A stretch of DNA of 64,000 bases from Cryomorpha ignava (lineage in GTDB: Bacteria; Bacteroidota; Bacteroidia; Flavobacteriales_F; PHOS-HE28): contig JBEBYG010000020.1 of NCBI GenBank assembly GCA_040391235.1, positions 1,198 through 65,197 of the forward strand. The letters run 5' to 3'. Below the pieces are notes generated by a model that saw only the letters and a list, made by a program, of their open reading frames with translations, did no database searches and had not been told where the DNA came from. Below, piece by piece: positions 53,175 through 63,023 of this stretch (its first letter is position 1; every line of letters begins with the position of its first letter). The position numbers and the translations under genes are program-made.

Positions 53175-53570
53175 ATGTCACACACCATTGATGCCCACAT
53201 CGGCCGCGACCATTACCGCACGGAGATCCGGACGGACACGCATACACTTATTGCCGATGAACCACCCAGCAACGGCGGAAAGGACCTCGGTTTCACACCA
53301 CATCAACTCTTGGCGGCGGCCTTGGGAGGCTGCACCAATGCTACCGTGCGCATGTATGCCGACCGAAAGGAATGGCCCTTGGAGGCAATCGATACGCAGG
53401 TGAATATTGAGCATGGCGACAGCTTCGACACCACCCGCATCCACCGCACCATCCGGTTCACCGGTGCACTTTCCCAAGAGCAACGTGATCGCTTGTTGCA
53501 GATCGCAGAACGTTGCCCGATCCACCGCACGTTGAGCGGGGACCTCAGCATCCGGACGGAATTGGTGTAG
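53175..53570 (+). CDS. OsmC/Ohr-family peroxiredoxin-like protein
   Basis: ...AAALGGCTNATVRMYA...RCPIHRTL, the two conserved Cys regions of OsmC. The upstream alternative start at 53076 is possible. Confidence 0.7.
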   Translation: MSHTIDAHIGRDHYRTEIRTDTHTLIADEPPSNGGKDLGFTPHQLLAAALGGCTNATVRMYADRKEWPLEAIDTQVNIEHGDSFDTTRIHRTIRFTGALSQEQRDRLLQIAERCPIHRTLSGDLSIRTELV

Positions 53571-53625
53571 AGATAGCCGATACCGCGGATCACCTCCGCA
53601 GTTTGCCATCACCCATCGGCCCCCC

Positions 53626-53895
53626 TTATGCCTCGCGGGCCCCGCGTCGCACCATCAGACTACCTGGTGGCGACACATGCACATCTTGCATCAGGAGAAT
53701 GCCGATCACGAAGAAGGTGAATCCGCCGCCCACAAAGAGCGCCGTATTCACATCAAGTGCATCGGACACTTGCGCGAGGTGGAGTAGGCCGCAAAGGCCA
53801 AATAAAATGCCGGAGATAAGTACGGCTATACCCATTGTTCTGTTCATCGCTCGATCCGTTTTAAAGGTTGTACCATTTGCACGGTGTGCACCCAT
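53626..53895 (-). CDS. Hypothetical small membrane protein (2 TM)
   Basis: Hydrophobic 89-aa ORF. Confidence 0.35.
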   Translation of the reverse strand: MGAHRANGTTFKTDRAMNRTMGIAVLISGILFGLCGLLHLAQVSDALDVNTALFVGGGFTFFVIGILLMQDVHVSPPGSLMVRRGAREA

Positions 53896-53917
53896 AAGAT
53901 GAATGCTACGCGTTCAT

Positions 53918-55102
53918 TCAGTCCTTGGACTTCTTGCTGGTCTCCTTTCCCTCGTCACCCTTCTTGTCATCCTTACTGAACAGCTTCTGCAGGAAGCCAC
54001 GATCATCCTTCTTCTCGATCTCGCCCACTGAGTTGATGGACACCTCCTCGTCCAGCGCAGGTACCAGTGCTTGGATGAATGCATTGCGTAGTAGCTGGAG
54101 CACCGCGTAGATGGAACTTGTCTTCACATCGTCCAATTTCCCCTTCAACTCCACCTTGGTGGCAACCTGATCCTTTTTGGGGTTGGTCAGGATCGCGCCG
54201 GCAGTTCCCACAATGCCTTCGTAGATCTTGTGGAAGAACGAGTCGTTCTTGTCCTCCGGGCCTAATACGTCAAGGCCTTTGATCACGGGTTTCACATAGC
54301 CGGTGAACTCTCCATTGCGCGTTGCCATCTCGGCATACAAGCTCATGGTTCCCTTGTTCACATCCACTTTGGCGTAGGCCTGCAGCAGCTCGTTCAACTC
54401 CACCAATTTGGTCTCCGTCAACTTCAAGTTCATATCGAAAGTGGGAGCTGCAGCCAAAAGATCGATGCCCATGTTGAAGGTGAGTTCACCCCCATACAAT
54501 CCTGCGGTAGCCTTCACTTCCGAAGGCAACACCACGTTCCTATCCACGGCATTGGTGAGGTTGGTGGCCAGCACATCCACATTGCTCAACTGCACATCCA
54601 CCTTCGGACTGGAGCTGGGGTCGATGTAACGGATGGCGCTGTTATGGATCTCCAGCCGGTTGATCTTCAGCGGCATGAAATCGTGCAACAGATCGGCGAA
54701 GCTCGCGGTGTCCTTCTGCAGATCGGCTGGTTCGGCCGCCTCCTTGGTAAAGCGTACCTCCGCCGTATCGATCACTAGCTCCCCCACAATGCTACCATGG
54801 AAAAGAGCCTGCCATTCCACTGAAAGATCGATGACGCCAGCGCGGAGAAAGGGTGTTCGCTTCTCACTTACCGAATCCTTCTTATCGAGGTAAAAGCCCT
54901 CTATCGTATACGCGCCTCGGATGATCGCAAGGTCCAGGTCAGCGATGTGGCCGTAGTATCCCTTGGTCTTCTTCAAGCGATCATTGGCGACGTGTAGCAG
55001 GACATAAGGAAGAATAATGCGGATCAGCAGCAACGCCCCGATGACGAAGAGGGCGATGCGCCATCGCTTGGCGCGTTTGGTACGTGGTGGGCGTTCGGTC
55101 AT
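53918..55102 (-). CDS. DUF748 (AsmA-like) domain protein
   Basis: N-terminal TM anchor followed by repeats of the DUF748 architecture. Confidence 0.55.
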   Translation of the reverse strand: MTERPPRTKRAKRWRIALFVIGALLLIRIILPYVLLHVANDRLKKTKGYYGHIADLDLAIIRGAYTIEGFYLDKKDSVSEKRTPFLRAGVIDLSVEWQALFHGSIVGELVIDTAEVRFTKEAAEPADLQKDTASFADLLHDFMPLKINRLEIHNSAIRYIDPSSSPKVDVQLSNVDVLATNLTNAVDRNVVLPSEVKATAGLYGGELTFNMGIDLLAAAPTFDMNLKLTETKLVELNELLQAYAKVDVNKGTMSLYAEMATRNGEFTGYVKPVIKGLDVLGPEDKNDSFFHKIYEGIVGTAGAILTNPKKDQVATKVELKGKLDDVKTSSIYAVLQLLRNAFIQALVPALDEEVSINSVGEIEKKDDRGFLQKLFSKDDKKGDEGKETSKKSKD

Positions 55103-55138
55103 TCAAGCTTCGTTCAGATTCGGGATGAGAACAGGAGA

Positions 55139-55600
55139 TCAATGCTCCACGTCCTCCATGGCTTCGCGCGTGGTAATGACCTGGTGGAGGTCCTGTTCCA
55201 GTTCCGCATATTGACGGGCCAATGTTGCACGACTGGCCTCGTTCAGATCCATCGAGTTGAGCACTTGCGTATACCGACCCAGCAGCTCGCTATCCTGTCG
55301 CTCACATTCAACCAGCACGTTCACTTCATTGGTATCGTTCAGGATGTCGCGGAATGTGAGCAAGACCCGTTGCACCGTTCCAGCCACGGTTCCATTTCCC
55401 AGCTTTTCGGTCGGATCATGCTGCACTAGATCTTGCGCCACCTCACTTTCCATGTTCGCTCGCTTCGAACTGATCCGCAGTAAAAGCTCCTTCACGTGGG
55501 CATCGTCCACTCTATGCGAGATCGCGTTGTACGTTTTCCGGCTATCGGCCAAGAGATCATGGATCTCTTGCAACCACTTGTATTGTTCCTCGGTGTGCAT
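55139..55600 (-). CDS. PA2169-family (DUF2383) four-helix-bundle protein, second paralog
   Basis: MHTEEQYKWLQEIHDLLADSRKTYNAISHRVDD... is similar to the 47400..47846 protein. Start set at the internal Met. Confidence 0.6.
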   Translation of the reverse strand: MHTEEQYKWLQEIHDLLADSRKTYNAISHRVDDAHVKELLLRISSKRANMESEVAQDLVQHDPTEKLGNGTVAGTVQRVLLTFRDILNDTNEVNVLVECERQDSELLGRYTQVLNSMDLNEASRATLARQYAELEQDLHQVITTREAMEDVEH

Positions 55601-55808
55601 TTTCCAATATGATTTTCTATCGCCTTGACCACAGCCATCATCGGGCCGCAAGCTCCGTCCCATGAATAACACTGTTCCATCGGGCAGTGGTTCCGCCTGC
55701 GTTGCCCATGTTGAGGAAGTTCCACCACGGAAACATCCTGTTCCCCACATGGAATGGGGCGCGGTACGATAAATGTCAATATCCTTTCAAACCAAAAACA
55801 CCACAACC

Positions 55809-55976
55809 ATGCTTAGATGGGTAGTTACTTTCCTCGTTATTGCGCTCATTGCCGGAATCCTCGGATTCGGCGGGCTTGCAGCAGGTGCAGCCGAGATCGC
55901 CAAGATCATCTTCTATATCTTCCTCGTGCTCCTCGTGCTGTCGTTACTATTCGGCTCACGCATTTGGAAGTCCTGA
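55809..55976 (+). CDS. DUF1328 (UPF0391) small membrane protein
   Basis: [42 protein letters not shown]. The 55-aa form is typical and the track start at 55773 is over-extended. Confidence 0.7.
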   Translation: MLRWVVTFLVIALIAGILGFGGLAAGAAEIAKIIFYIFLVLLVLSLLFGSRIWKS

Positions 55977-56100
55977 ATACAACCTTAACTACAGGAGCTC
56001 GGCCCCGCAGTGGAATACTCCACTACGGGGCCTTCTCATTCCCGATCCGAAATTCTTCCGCACAGAGCACCGATCAGCCTTCACAAAATGCTAAGCCGTG

Positions 56101-56466
56101 TTAGACCTTCACGTTCGTGCCAGGCGCTGCGGCCTGCACGGGTCGTGTTTTTCCTTGTGCGTGGTGCGCATCCAACGGCTGCACCATGCGCTGTATATGC
56201 TCCTCCCCCTCGGCTCCGTAGCTGCTTACCAGAAGCCCTTTGACCCCTAGATCTTGGCAGCTGATGGCATATACGATGCTCATATCGCCGGGGTCACTGG
56301 GGCCCTCGAAGCGATGGAATGAATCGATGACGAAGTGGGTCGGGTCCATTCGCTCATCTCCTTTGAACAGACCGGAAGCTCCCAATTCGAGTTCATCGGT
56401 ATAGCCTTGTGAGCGGAGGTCGTCCACGGCCTCTGAGAGTGTAGCATATTGATTATCCTTTTCCAT
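56101..56466 (-). CDS. Hypothetical acidic protein
   Basis: 121-aa ORF with no motif. Confidence 0.35.
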   Translation of the reverse strand: MEKDNQYATLSEAVDDLRSQGYTDELELGASGLFKGDERMDPTHFVIDSFHRFEGPSDPGDMSIVYAISCQDLGVKGLLVSSYGAEGEEHIQRMVQPLDAHHAQGKTRPVQAAAPGTNVKV

Positions 56467-56708
56467 TGCCGTGTTCTTTTATGGTAAGTATGGTAAAAGC
56501 GTGCCGTGCAACTGCGGTGAGCATTGGCGGGCACTTCATTGAATGGTCGCGTGGAGATACTTCCCCTGCATTGGACAGGATCAACGCATCACGAAGGCGA
56601 TCCACGCGATGAGTACGATGAACAGGAAGATGGCGACGAGGCGATAGCCCCATGGCATCGGTGGTGGATTCTTGGCCATGTTTATTCAGATGTTACGCAA
56701 AGGGAGTA

Positions 56709-56942
56709 TCAGGGCTTGCCGTCCATACTGGGATCGGTGGCTGTATCCATACGGTCCTTGGGCACCGTATCGGGCGTGACCTTGTCAGGGTACATGCCTT
56801 TGTCATGCACCGCCTGCTCTTGACCGTTCTTGAATGGATCCGTCGGCACCTCACACGAGGCTAGTAATGTGATAGTCAGAATGGCGAATGCCAGCACTCC
56901 GTGGAGCGCCATTCGGCTTGCGTGAACTGATCGGGCGTTCAT
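56709..56942 (-). CDS. Small hypothetical lipoprotein
   Basis: Lipobox LLASCEV. Confidence 0.35.
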   Translation of the reverse strand: MNARSVHASRMALHGVLAFAILTITLLASCEVPTDPFKNGQEQAVHDKGMYPDKVTPDTVPKDRMDTATDPSMDGKP

Positions 56943-57147
56943 TATTTCCTCTGTTTGCTGCTGAAGCCACCGCCATTTTCATACCACATCCGGTTCAATC
57001 GAAGGTCCTGGTTCGATGACCACCCTTTCGGGGGAATTCCTTTCCCAGCCCCTTGGGGGCGGTCAAGAAATTGAAGACTGTTCCGATGAACATAAGCGGC
57101 CTTGAACTGTTTACCCACGAATCAAACCTTGATAACCGCCTGACCGC

Positions 57148-58251
57148 ATGAACGAAGTTCCAACGCCCGTTTCCCCACCGCTCTATCAACGTTTGAGCTT
57201 GATCCTGTTGGGCCTGTCCGTGTTCATTGCCGCACTATGGATCACACAAGAGCTCGTGGTGCCATTGATCTTTGCATTGTTGTTGGCGATCCTCTTGGAC
57301 CCAGTAGTAAAGCGCCTTTGCCGCTGGGGTGTCAACCGGGAGCTTTCCATTACCATAGCCGTTTTCCTGGCGATGCTTGCGTTGGCAGGGGTTGGCTATT
57401 TCGTTGTGACCCAAGCCGCCAAATTCAGCCAGTCCATTCCGGAATTGAAGGAGAAGGTGGAGGAAACGGGCAAGCAGATCACCGGCTGGGCACGCAATGC
57501 GGCCAATGTGCAACCACAGGAGCTGAACGAAGCCGTGGATAAGGTGAAGAAGGAAGGTTTGCAGAGCGGTGGCAAGATCGTTGGCAAAACGATCACCACC
57601 GTTGGTGCGCTCTTCGGCTTCTTCTTCCTCCTTCCCGTGTTCACGTTCCTGATCATCTACTACAAGGAACTCTTCCATAATTTCCTCTCCAAGCTCTTCT
57701 CACGCAATGAGCAGGATGCTCTTGAGGATGTGCTCGGCGAAACCAAGAGCGTGGTGCAGAGCTTCTTGGTAGGTCGGATGGTGGAAACGTTGATCCTCAC
57801 CGCGATGAACTGGGCGGCCCTGATGCTGATCGGAGTGAAATATGCCTTGTTGCTCGCGGTGGTCGGGGCATTGATGAACCTCGTTCCCTATATCGGGATG
57901 ATCGTAGCAACATTCATCACCGTGTTGGTTGCCTTCGCATTCCAGGATGTGACCGCCGCCCTTTGGGTGTTCGGCGCTTACTCCGTGATCCAGTTCATCG
58001 ACAATCACTTCCTCACGCCCTTGGTGGTGGGTGCACGCGTACAGATCAATGCATTGTGGTCCATTGTGACCGTGATCGCGGGCGGCCTGCTCTGGGGCAT
58101 TGCCGGGATGTTCCTGGCCATACCCATATTCGGTATCCTGAAAGTGGTGTTTGACCGTGTGCCGGAGCTCGAACCGTGGGGATACGTGTTGGGTACCGGG
58201 GAGAAGTCGGAGAAAACGCCGACGAAATCCTTCACGAAGAAAGAGAAGTGA
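57148..58251 (+). CDS. AI-2E family transporter (PerM/YhhT-like)
   Basis: 8-TM architecture with conserved ...LLDPVVKRL... and C-terminal region motifs. Confidence 0.75.
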   Translation: MNEVPTPVSPPLYQRLSLILLGLSVFIAALWITQELVVPLIFALLLAILLDPVVKRLCRWGVNRELSITIAVFLAMLALAGVGYFVVTQAAKFSQSIPELKEKVEETGKQITGWARNAANVQPQELNEAVDKVKKEGLQSGGKIVGKTITTVGALFGFFFLLPVFTFLIIYYKELFHNFLSKLFSRNEQDALEDVLGETKSVVQSFLVGRMVETLILTAMNWAALMLIGVKYALLLAVVGALMNLVPYIGMIVATFITVLVAFAFQDVTAALWVFGAYSVIQFIDNHFLTPLVVGARVQINALWSIVTVIAGGLLWGIAGMFLAIPIFGILKVVFDRVPELEPWGYVLGTGEKSEKTPTKSFTKKEK

Positions 58252-58449
58252 GCCGCTGCTTCCTGCCGGTGAAGCACATCAAGTTGCAGTGCTGACCCGT
58301 GAGCAGTCCAACCCGGGCAGCAGGCCAAGGCTTTATTCCGTAACCCGCAAGCGGCCCTGTTGACCGGATGCAGCATTGCTCGTACGCCCAGCATTCCGGT
58401 TGTGCATTGCGCATCGCATTGGATAGGTTGACCAGAAGTCAACGCACAC

Positions 58450-58481
58450 AAAAAAGCCCCGCATGATGCGGGGCTTTTTTG
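58450..58481. terminator. Bidirectional rho-independent terminator
   Basis: AAAAAAGCCCCGCATGATGCGGGGCTTTTTTG lies between convergent genes. Confidence 0.8.
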
Positions 58482-58498
58482 TGTGCGTTCCTTGTCGG

Positions 58499-58888
58499 TT
58501 ATTCAGACATGTCCTCCTCGGTGGAGGTGGCGCTTTCCGCCTTCTGTTTCATTGGCTTGCTTGCATGTGTGCTGCACCACTTCACCCAGTTCTGATATTG
58601 CTCGGGAGAAAGCACACTTTGCACCTTGGCCTCATAACTGTCCATTATCGGCGATTCCTTGGTGCCAGCCTTTGCCTCTGCTGCCTTGGAACTTTCCTCC
58701 TTGCGCCAGTCGGCCTGCAATTGCTTCACTTGTGCAGCCTGCTCAGAGTTAAGTCCTAAGCTCCCCCAATCCTTATCGGTGGTGGAGGCCAAGCAATCCT
58801 TCACTACGCCGGTCGGCGCCTTTCCTGTTTGCGCTTGTGCGCTCATCATCCCGAGGCACAGGGCCGCGGCTGTCAATACGATCTTCAT
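58499..58888 (-). CDS. Periplasmic protein with LTXXQ-like motifs (Spy/CpxP-like)
   Basis: Signal peptide (MKIVLTAAALCLGMMSAQA), then LNSEQAAQV and LSPEQYQNW motifs. Start set at the internal Met. Confidence 0.45.
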   Translation of the reverse strand: MKIVLTAAALCLGMMSAQAQTGKAPTGVVKDCLASTTDKDWGSLGLNSEQAAQVKQLQADWRKEESSKAAEAKAGTKESPIMDSYEAKVQSVLSPEQYQNWVKWCSTHASKPMKQKAESATSTEEDMSE

Positions 58889-59215
58889 GTTACAGGTTTT
58901 TATGGGTTCGCTTTCCAGGGTACGAGAATCATACCAACTCTGGAGGCGGGTGGCCATTTGCAGCTGATCAAAGCGCATTGCTCGTCGAGGAGGTTATGGA
59001 GGCCGATAGAAGGTGAAAATTGCCCGTCCACTACCGATATCATCCGTTCCGGATCTTGCTCCGGCTTGAGAGGTAAGTGTTGATGTTCTGCCCCAACTTC
59101 CCGGAAGATCGCGTCCTTATGGCACCACATCCCCGCTGTTTTCGCGTGGATGGTACCCGGACCCTTCATTGGCGGGGATCTTGACGGAAGAACATTTTAA
59201 ACTGATCACAACCTC

Positions 59216-59677
59216 ATGCAAAGCTTCCAACCTACACGTATGGTCCTGCAGATACGCAGAAACGCTGCACTCCTACTTACTCGATCGGCAATTACGGTTG
59301 CCTTCCTTGGCTTGCTAATGAGTGCCCTACACGCCCAGAACAACGTTGCCACCGCGACCTTGGTGGAGGATACCCTTCCTCTCCCGGGAGCCATGGGGTG
59401 GTCAGCATTCACACAAGCGGACCAACACAACCTCGAACTCAGCGACGAACAGTTGATGAAGCTAAAAGCAATGGATGCGGGCCTTGAAAAGAAGTATAAA
59501 GCCATGGGCATAGAGCCTTGGATGAACGAACGCTTCCCGGAGCTCAACCGCCAGCGGAACATGGCCGTACAGGATATTTTGAGTCCTGAACAATACCAGC
59601 GTTGGGCGAAACCGACCACGCCCGTACCAACAACACCGCCCACGATCATTCCGGAAGTTTCGCCGGTAACCGATTAA
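59216..59677 (+). CDS. Periplasmic protein with LTXXQ-like motifs (Spy/CpxP-like), paralog of 58499..58888
   Basis: LSDEQLMKLK and ILSPEQYQRW motifs with a signal peptide. Divergently oriented from its paralog. Confidence 0.45.
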   Translation: MQSFQPTRMVLQIRRNAALLLTRSAITVAFLGLLMSALHAQNNVATATLVEDTLPLPGAMGWSAFTQADQHNLELSDEQLMKLKAMDAGLEKKYKAMGIEPWMNERFPELNRQRNMAVQDILSPEQYQRWAKPTTPVPTTPPTIIPEVSPVTD

Positions 59678-59690
59678 CCAATTCATCCTT

Positions 59691-59702
59691 GATCCGCGGA
59701 TC
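59691..59702 (+). promoter_or_regulatory. Perfect palindrome GATCCGCGGATC upstream of the GSP26 gene
   Basis: 12-bp inverted repeat about 20 bp upstream of the start at 59722. Confidence 0.25.
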
Positions 59703-59721
59703 GGAACAACGCATACACACC

Positions 59722-60228
59722 ATGCCCGATAAGAAGCCCATACACGACACCCAAGCGATCGAGAAATTCAAAAAGCTCGTGGAGCATTCCCCGATCTGCC
59801 ACTTCCTCACCTGCTTGGACGATCGACCTGTACCTACACGCCCCATGGCCACCCAGCAGGTGGATGACGAGGGAAACTTCTGGTTCCTTAGCTCACGCAG
59901 CAGTGAAAAGGATAGCGATATCGTGAAAGACTCGTATGTCCAACTGCTCTTTTCTAACCCGGGTGATTCGGAATTCCTCTCCGTGTTCGGAACCGCCACG
60001 GTGGTAGAGGACTTTGCGAAGAAGCGGGAACTGTTCGGCCCCTTGGCCAAGGCGTGGTTCCCCAAGGGGCCCGAAGATCCGGATCTGAGCGTGGTAAAGG
60101 TGAAGCCCTTGCAGGGATACTATTGGGATACCAAGCACGGGAAGATGCTCACCCTTTTGCAGATGGCGGCTTCCGCACTGATCGGCAAAAAGAACGACAG
60201 CGGTGTGGAAGGAAAAATATCGATCTAG
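59722..60228 (+). CDS. Pyridoxamine 5'-phosphate oxidase-family protein (general stress protein 26-like)
   Basis: PNPOx-like FMN-binding split-barrel motifs (…PVPTRPMATQQVDDEGNFWFLS…). Start at internal Met MPDKKP. Confidence 0.65.
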   Translation: MPDKKPIHDTQAIEKFKKLVEHSPICHFLTCLDDRPVPTRPMATQQVDDEGNFWFLSSRSSEKDSDIVKDSYVQLLFSNPGDSEFLSVFGTATVVEDFAKKRELFGPLAKAWFPKGPEDPDLSVVKVKPLQGYYWDTKHGKMLTLLQMAASALIGKKNDSGVEGKISI

Positions 60229-60279
60229 GGAACGCACGCGAGACGCGGTTCCCGCACCCCTCAAACACCGCAAGAAGGT

Positions 60280-62232
60280 TCAAGCCGTAAGTGGCAAGGT
60301 GAAGGAGAACAGGGATCCCTTCCCCTCCTCACTTTCCACGCTCAACCGCCCATTATGGCGTTTGACAATATCGGCCACGAGATAGAGCCCGATCCCAAAT
60401 CCTTCGATGTGCGCACCATGCTCGCGTTTCTGCACCCGATAAAAGCGTTGGAAGATCAGATCCTGTTCCGCCTTGGAAATACCCAAGCCCCTGTCCTGGA
60501 TGCTGATGCACACATCACTGCCATGCACCTCGCAGGAAATTTCCACCTCCTTTCCATTGGGAGAGTACTTCACAGCATTGCCCAATAGATTCCCCAGCAC
60601 TTGATTGATCCTGTATTTGTCCGCGTGGACGCGGGCTTGCATAAGAGCCTTCAAGTTGAAGACACGCTGCGGATGGTTCCGGCGCATCTCTTCCACTACG
60701 TGCCGGACCATATCGGCCACGTCAAAGCGTGAAAGGTCCAGCTCCAAGGATCCCTTCTTAAGTGTGGATACATCCACCAGATCAGAGAGCATGCGTGTGA
60801 GCTTATCCACCTGGCGCTCCATCATGAGCACCACATGGCGCAGCTCCGCGTCCATGCCGTCCGCCATTTCAAAATTCAAGAGGTCCACACAGGATCGCAG
60901 GGTGCTCAACGGGTTGCGCATCTCATGGCCCGCCATGCCGATCAGGAAGTTCTTCTCCTGATCCTGTTCCTTCATATCCTGAATGTCCGTGCTGGTGCCC
61001 ACCCACAGATGGATCTTCCCCTCCTTATCGCGCAGCGGTTTGGCCCGGCTCAATTGCCAGCGGTATTCGCCATCCTTTCTGCGGAAGCGATGCTCAAAAA
61101 GAAAATCGGTTCCGGCGGTGATCGCTTCGGTCCATAAGCGCACGTTCGCTTCCCGCTCATCGGGATGCACGATCATCAGCCAACCTTTCGAGTTGAGTTC
61201 CGCAGCCGGAAATCCGCTGTAATCGGTCACGGCCTTATTGAAGTAGTTGAGTTCACCATCCGGCTCCGCGGTCCATACGAATTGGGGCATGGAATCAGCC
61301 AAGAGGCGGAACCGGGCCTCCCCAGCCTCTGCTCGTTGCTTGGCCAACACGGTGTCGGTCACCTCCGTCCCCACCGCCATTACACCCTCATATTTCCCTT
61401 CTTCATCAATGAGGGTTTCGAAGGAGAAGTTCAAGTAATGAGTGACCATTCGATCATTGTGGCGGATCACTACCGGCACCTCGCTGGCATGGTAGGATCT
61501 TCCTATCAGGGCCTCATTAAGGAACTTGCCGAAGCCTTGTTCCTTCAGTTCAGGCAGTACTTCCAAAATGGGCCGCCCCTCCACTTCATCCCGTTCACGC
61601 GCCCATATCTCCAAGGCACGCTGGTTCACGATCTCCACCACGTGTTGCGGCCCTTTCATCAAGGCCATGGCAACAGGTACTTGCTGCACGATGGAGCGCA
61701 CGCGCGCCTCACTCGCCTTCACCCGCGCCATGGCTTTCAACTTATCGGTCGTCTCCGCACAGGTGACAAGTACCCCCACGACCTGGTCGGAGCCGTTGCG
61801 CACCGCGGTGTAGCTGAACGTCCAATGGACCTCCTCCACATGACCATTCCGATAGAGCGGCACTGAGGCATTCTCCCTATAAATGCTCTCCCCTCCACCC
61901 ATCACTTGGTTGAGCAAGGGGCCGATGGTGGACCAGGATTCCGCCCACGCTTCTTGGGCCGGCAGGCCGAGTATCAGCGGATGCTTTCCATCCTCCCCTA
62001 GGCTGCACCGGAAGGCATCGTTGTAAAAGCAGTAGAGCTCCTTTCCCCAGAACAGAAGCATGGGCGACCGGTTCTCCATCGTGGTAGCAAGGAAGCTCCG
62101 CATTACAACCGGCCATTGTTCCGCCCTGCCCAATGGGTGCGTGGACCAGTCCTTCTGCTCGATCAACCTACCTAACTCTCCTCCGCCAGCGCGTGCTGGG
62201 GAGGTCTGTATCTCTGATCCGTGGTGGGACAT
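60280..62232 (-). CDS. Multi-PAS sensor histidine kinase
   Basis: Several PAS/PAC modules, HisKA H-box (MAGHEMRNPL) and HATPase_c (GLGISKAEQ...GFGIGL). No adjacent response regulator gene. Confidence 0.85.
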   Translation of the reverse strand: MSHHGSEIQTSPARAGGGELGRLIEQKDWSTHPLGRAEQWPVVMRSFLATTMENRSPMLLFWGKELYCFYNDAFRCSLGEDGKHPLILGLPAQEAWAESWSTIGPLLNQVMGGGESIYRENASVPLYRNGHVEEVHWTFSYTAVRNGSDQVVGVLVTCAETTDKLKAMARVKASEARVRSIVQQVPVAMALMKGPQHVVEIVNQRALEIWARERDEVEGRPILEVLPELKEQGFGKFLNEALIGRSYHASEVPVVIRHNDRMVTHYLNFSFETLIDEEGKYEGVMAVGTEVTDTVLAKQRAEAGEARFRLLADSMPQFVWTAEPDGELNYFNKAVTDYSGFPAAELNSKGWLMIVHPDEREANVRLWTEAITAGTDFLFEHRFRRKDGEYRWQLSRAKPLRDKEGKIHLWVGTSTDIQDMKEQDQEKNFLIGMAGHEMRNPLSTLRSCVDLLNFEMADGMDAELRHVVLMMERQVDKLTRMLSDLVDVSTLKKGSLELDLSRFDVADMVRHVVEEMRRNHPQRVFNLKALMQARVHADKYRINQVLGNLLGNAVKYSPNGKEVEISCEVHGSDVCISIQDRGLGISKAEQDLIFQRFYRVQKREHGAHIEGFGIGLYLVADIVKRHNGRLSVESEEGKGSLFSFTLPLTA

Positions 62233-62348
62233 TCAGATCTGTGTCACGATTTTCACTTGGTGTGGAAAGTGGCCCGCTCAATGCCTTCCAAATATAGCCA
62301 TGCAGGTTTGGCCTGACTCTGGCTTGGTATCACAAAAAACAAAATAAC

Positions 62349-62600
62349 ATGTCGAACAGGAATATCATTCTCGCTTTGCTGGGTGCTGCTTTAACAGGTG
62401 CCTCCGTAGCCATGCTCTTGGCCCCTGATTCCGGGAAGAAGACCCGGAAGAAGTTGATGAGATCAGCCATCGACATCAAGGACACTGTGGCCTATGTCCT
62501 CCTCCAGGTCGAGGACCAAATGGACCACATGCGGGGAAAGATGGGGAAGGATGCGGACACGGATGAGAACCGTGGGTTGGCGACTTCCGATCCTCGGTAA
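62349..62600 (+). CDS. YtxH-domain protein
   Basis: MSNRNIILALLGAALTGASVAMLLAPDSGKKTRKKL is the canonical YtxH N-terminus. Confidence 0.7.
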   Translation: MSNRNIILALLGAALTGASVAMLLAPDSGKKTRKKLMRSAIDIKDTVAYVLLQVEDQMDHMRGKMGKDADTDENRGLATSDPR

Positions 62601-62626
62601 AAGAACCGACCTTAAAACCTGAAAAG

Positions 62627-62893
62627 ATGAATTCAGAACATCCCATAAAGGATCCGAGGAAAGACAGGACCATCCCCCACGATCCCCGGAACGAGCCGAT
62701 CCCTGCCGAGAAACCGCGCGAAGGAAACCGCTCTGCTGAAACAGCGGAGGAGGAGGCGCGCAGGGAGGAAGGCGTGGACATGAAGCAGAAGGAACGGGAT
62801 ATTCCCATGGAACTCCACGAAGACGATGTGATCGTGAATCCAACTGCGGATGAACTTCCTACAGGTGTCCAGACCGGGCAGACCGCTCGCTGA
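62627..62893 (+). CDS. Hypothetical hydrophilic, disordered small protein
   Basis: 88-aa ORF rich in charged residues. Confidence 0.3.
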   Translation: MNSEHPIKDPRKDRTIPHDPRNEPIPAEKPREGNRSAETAEEEARREEGVDMKQKERDIPMELHEDDVIVNPTADELPTGVQTGQTAR

Positions 62894-63023
62894 TCCTACT
62901 CCGCTACCTCAGCACGGATGGAGGAGGCTATGCAGCCCATCGTCCTGCTAGATCAACCCCTCGGGTGTTGCTCAACCCGGCAATGATCAGACAGTAGCGC
63001 TGGACCCGACCGCACCAACTTGG

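Noticed and set aside
56580-56678. 32-aa minus-strand ORF MAKNPPPMPWGYRLVAIFLFIVLIAWIAFVMR with one TM segment
   Set aside because: It could be a genuine small membrane protein upstream of the 56101..56466 gene. It is too short to support without conservation or expression data, so it is not called as a feature.
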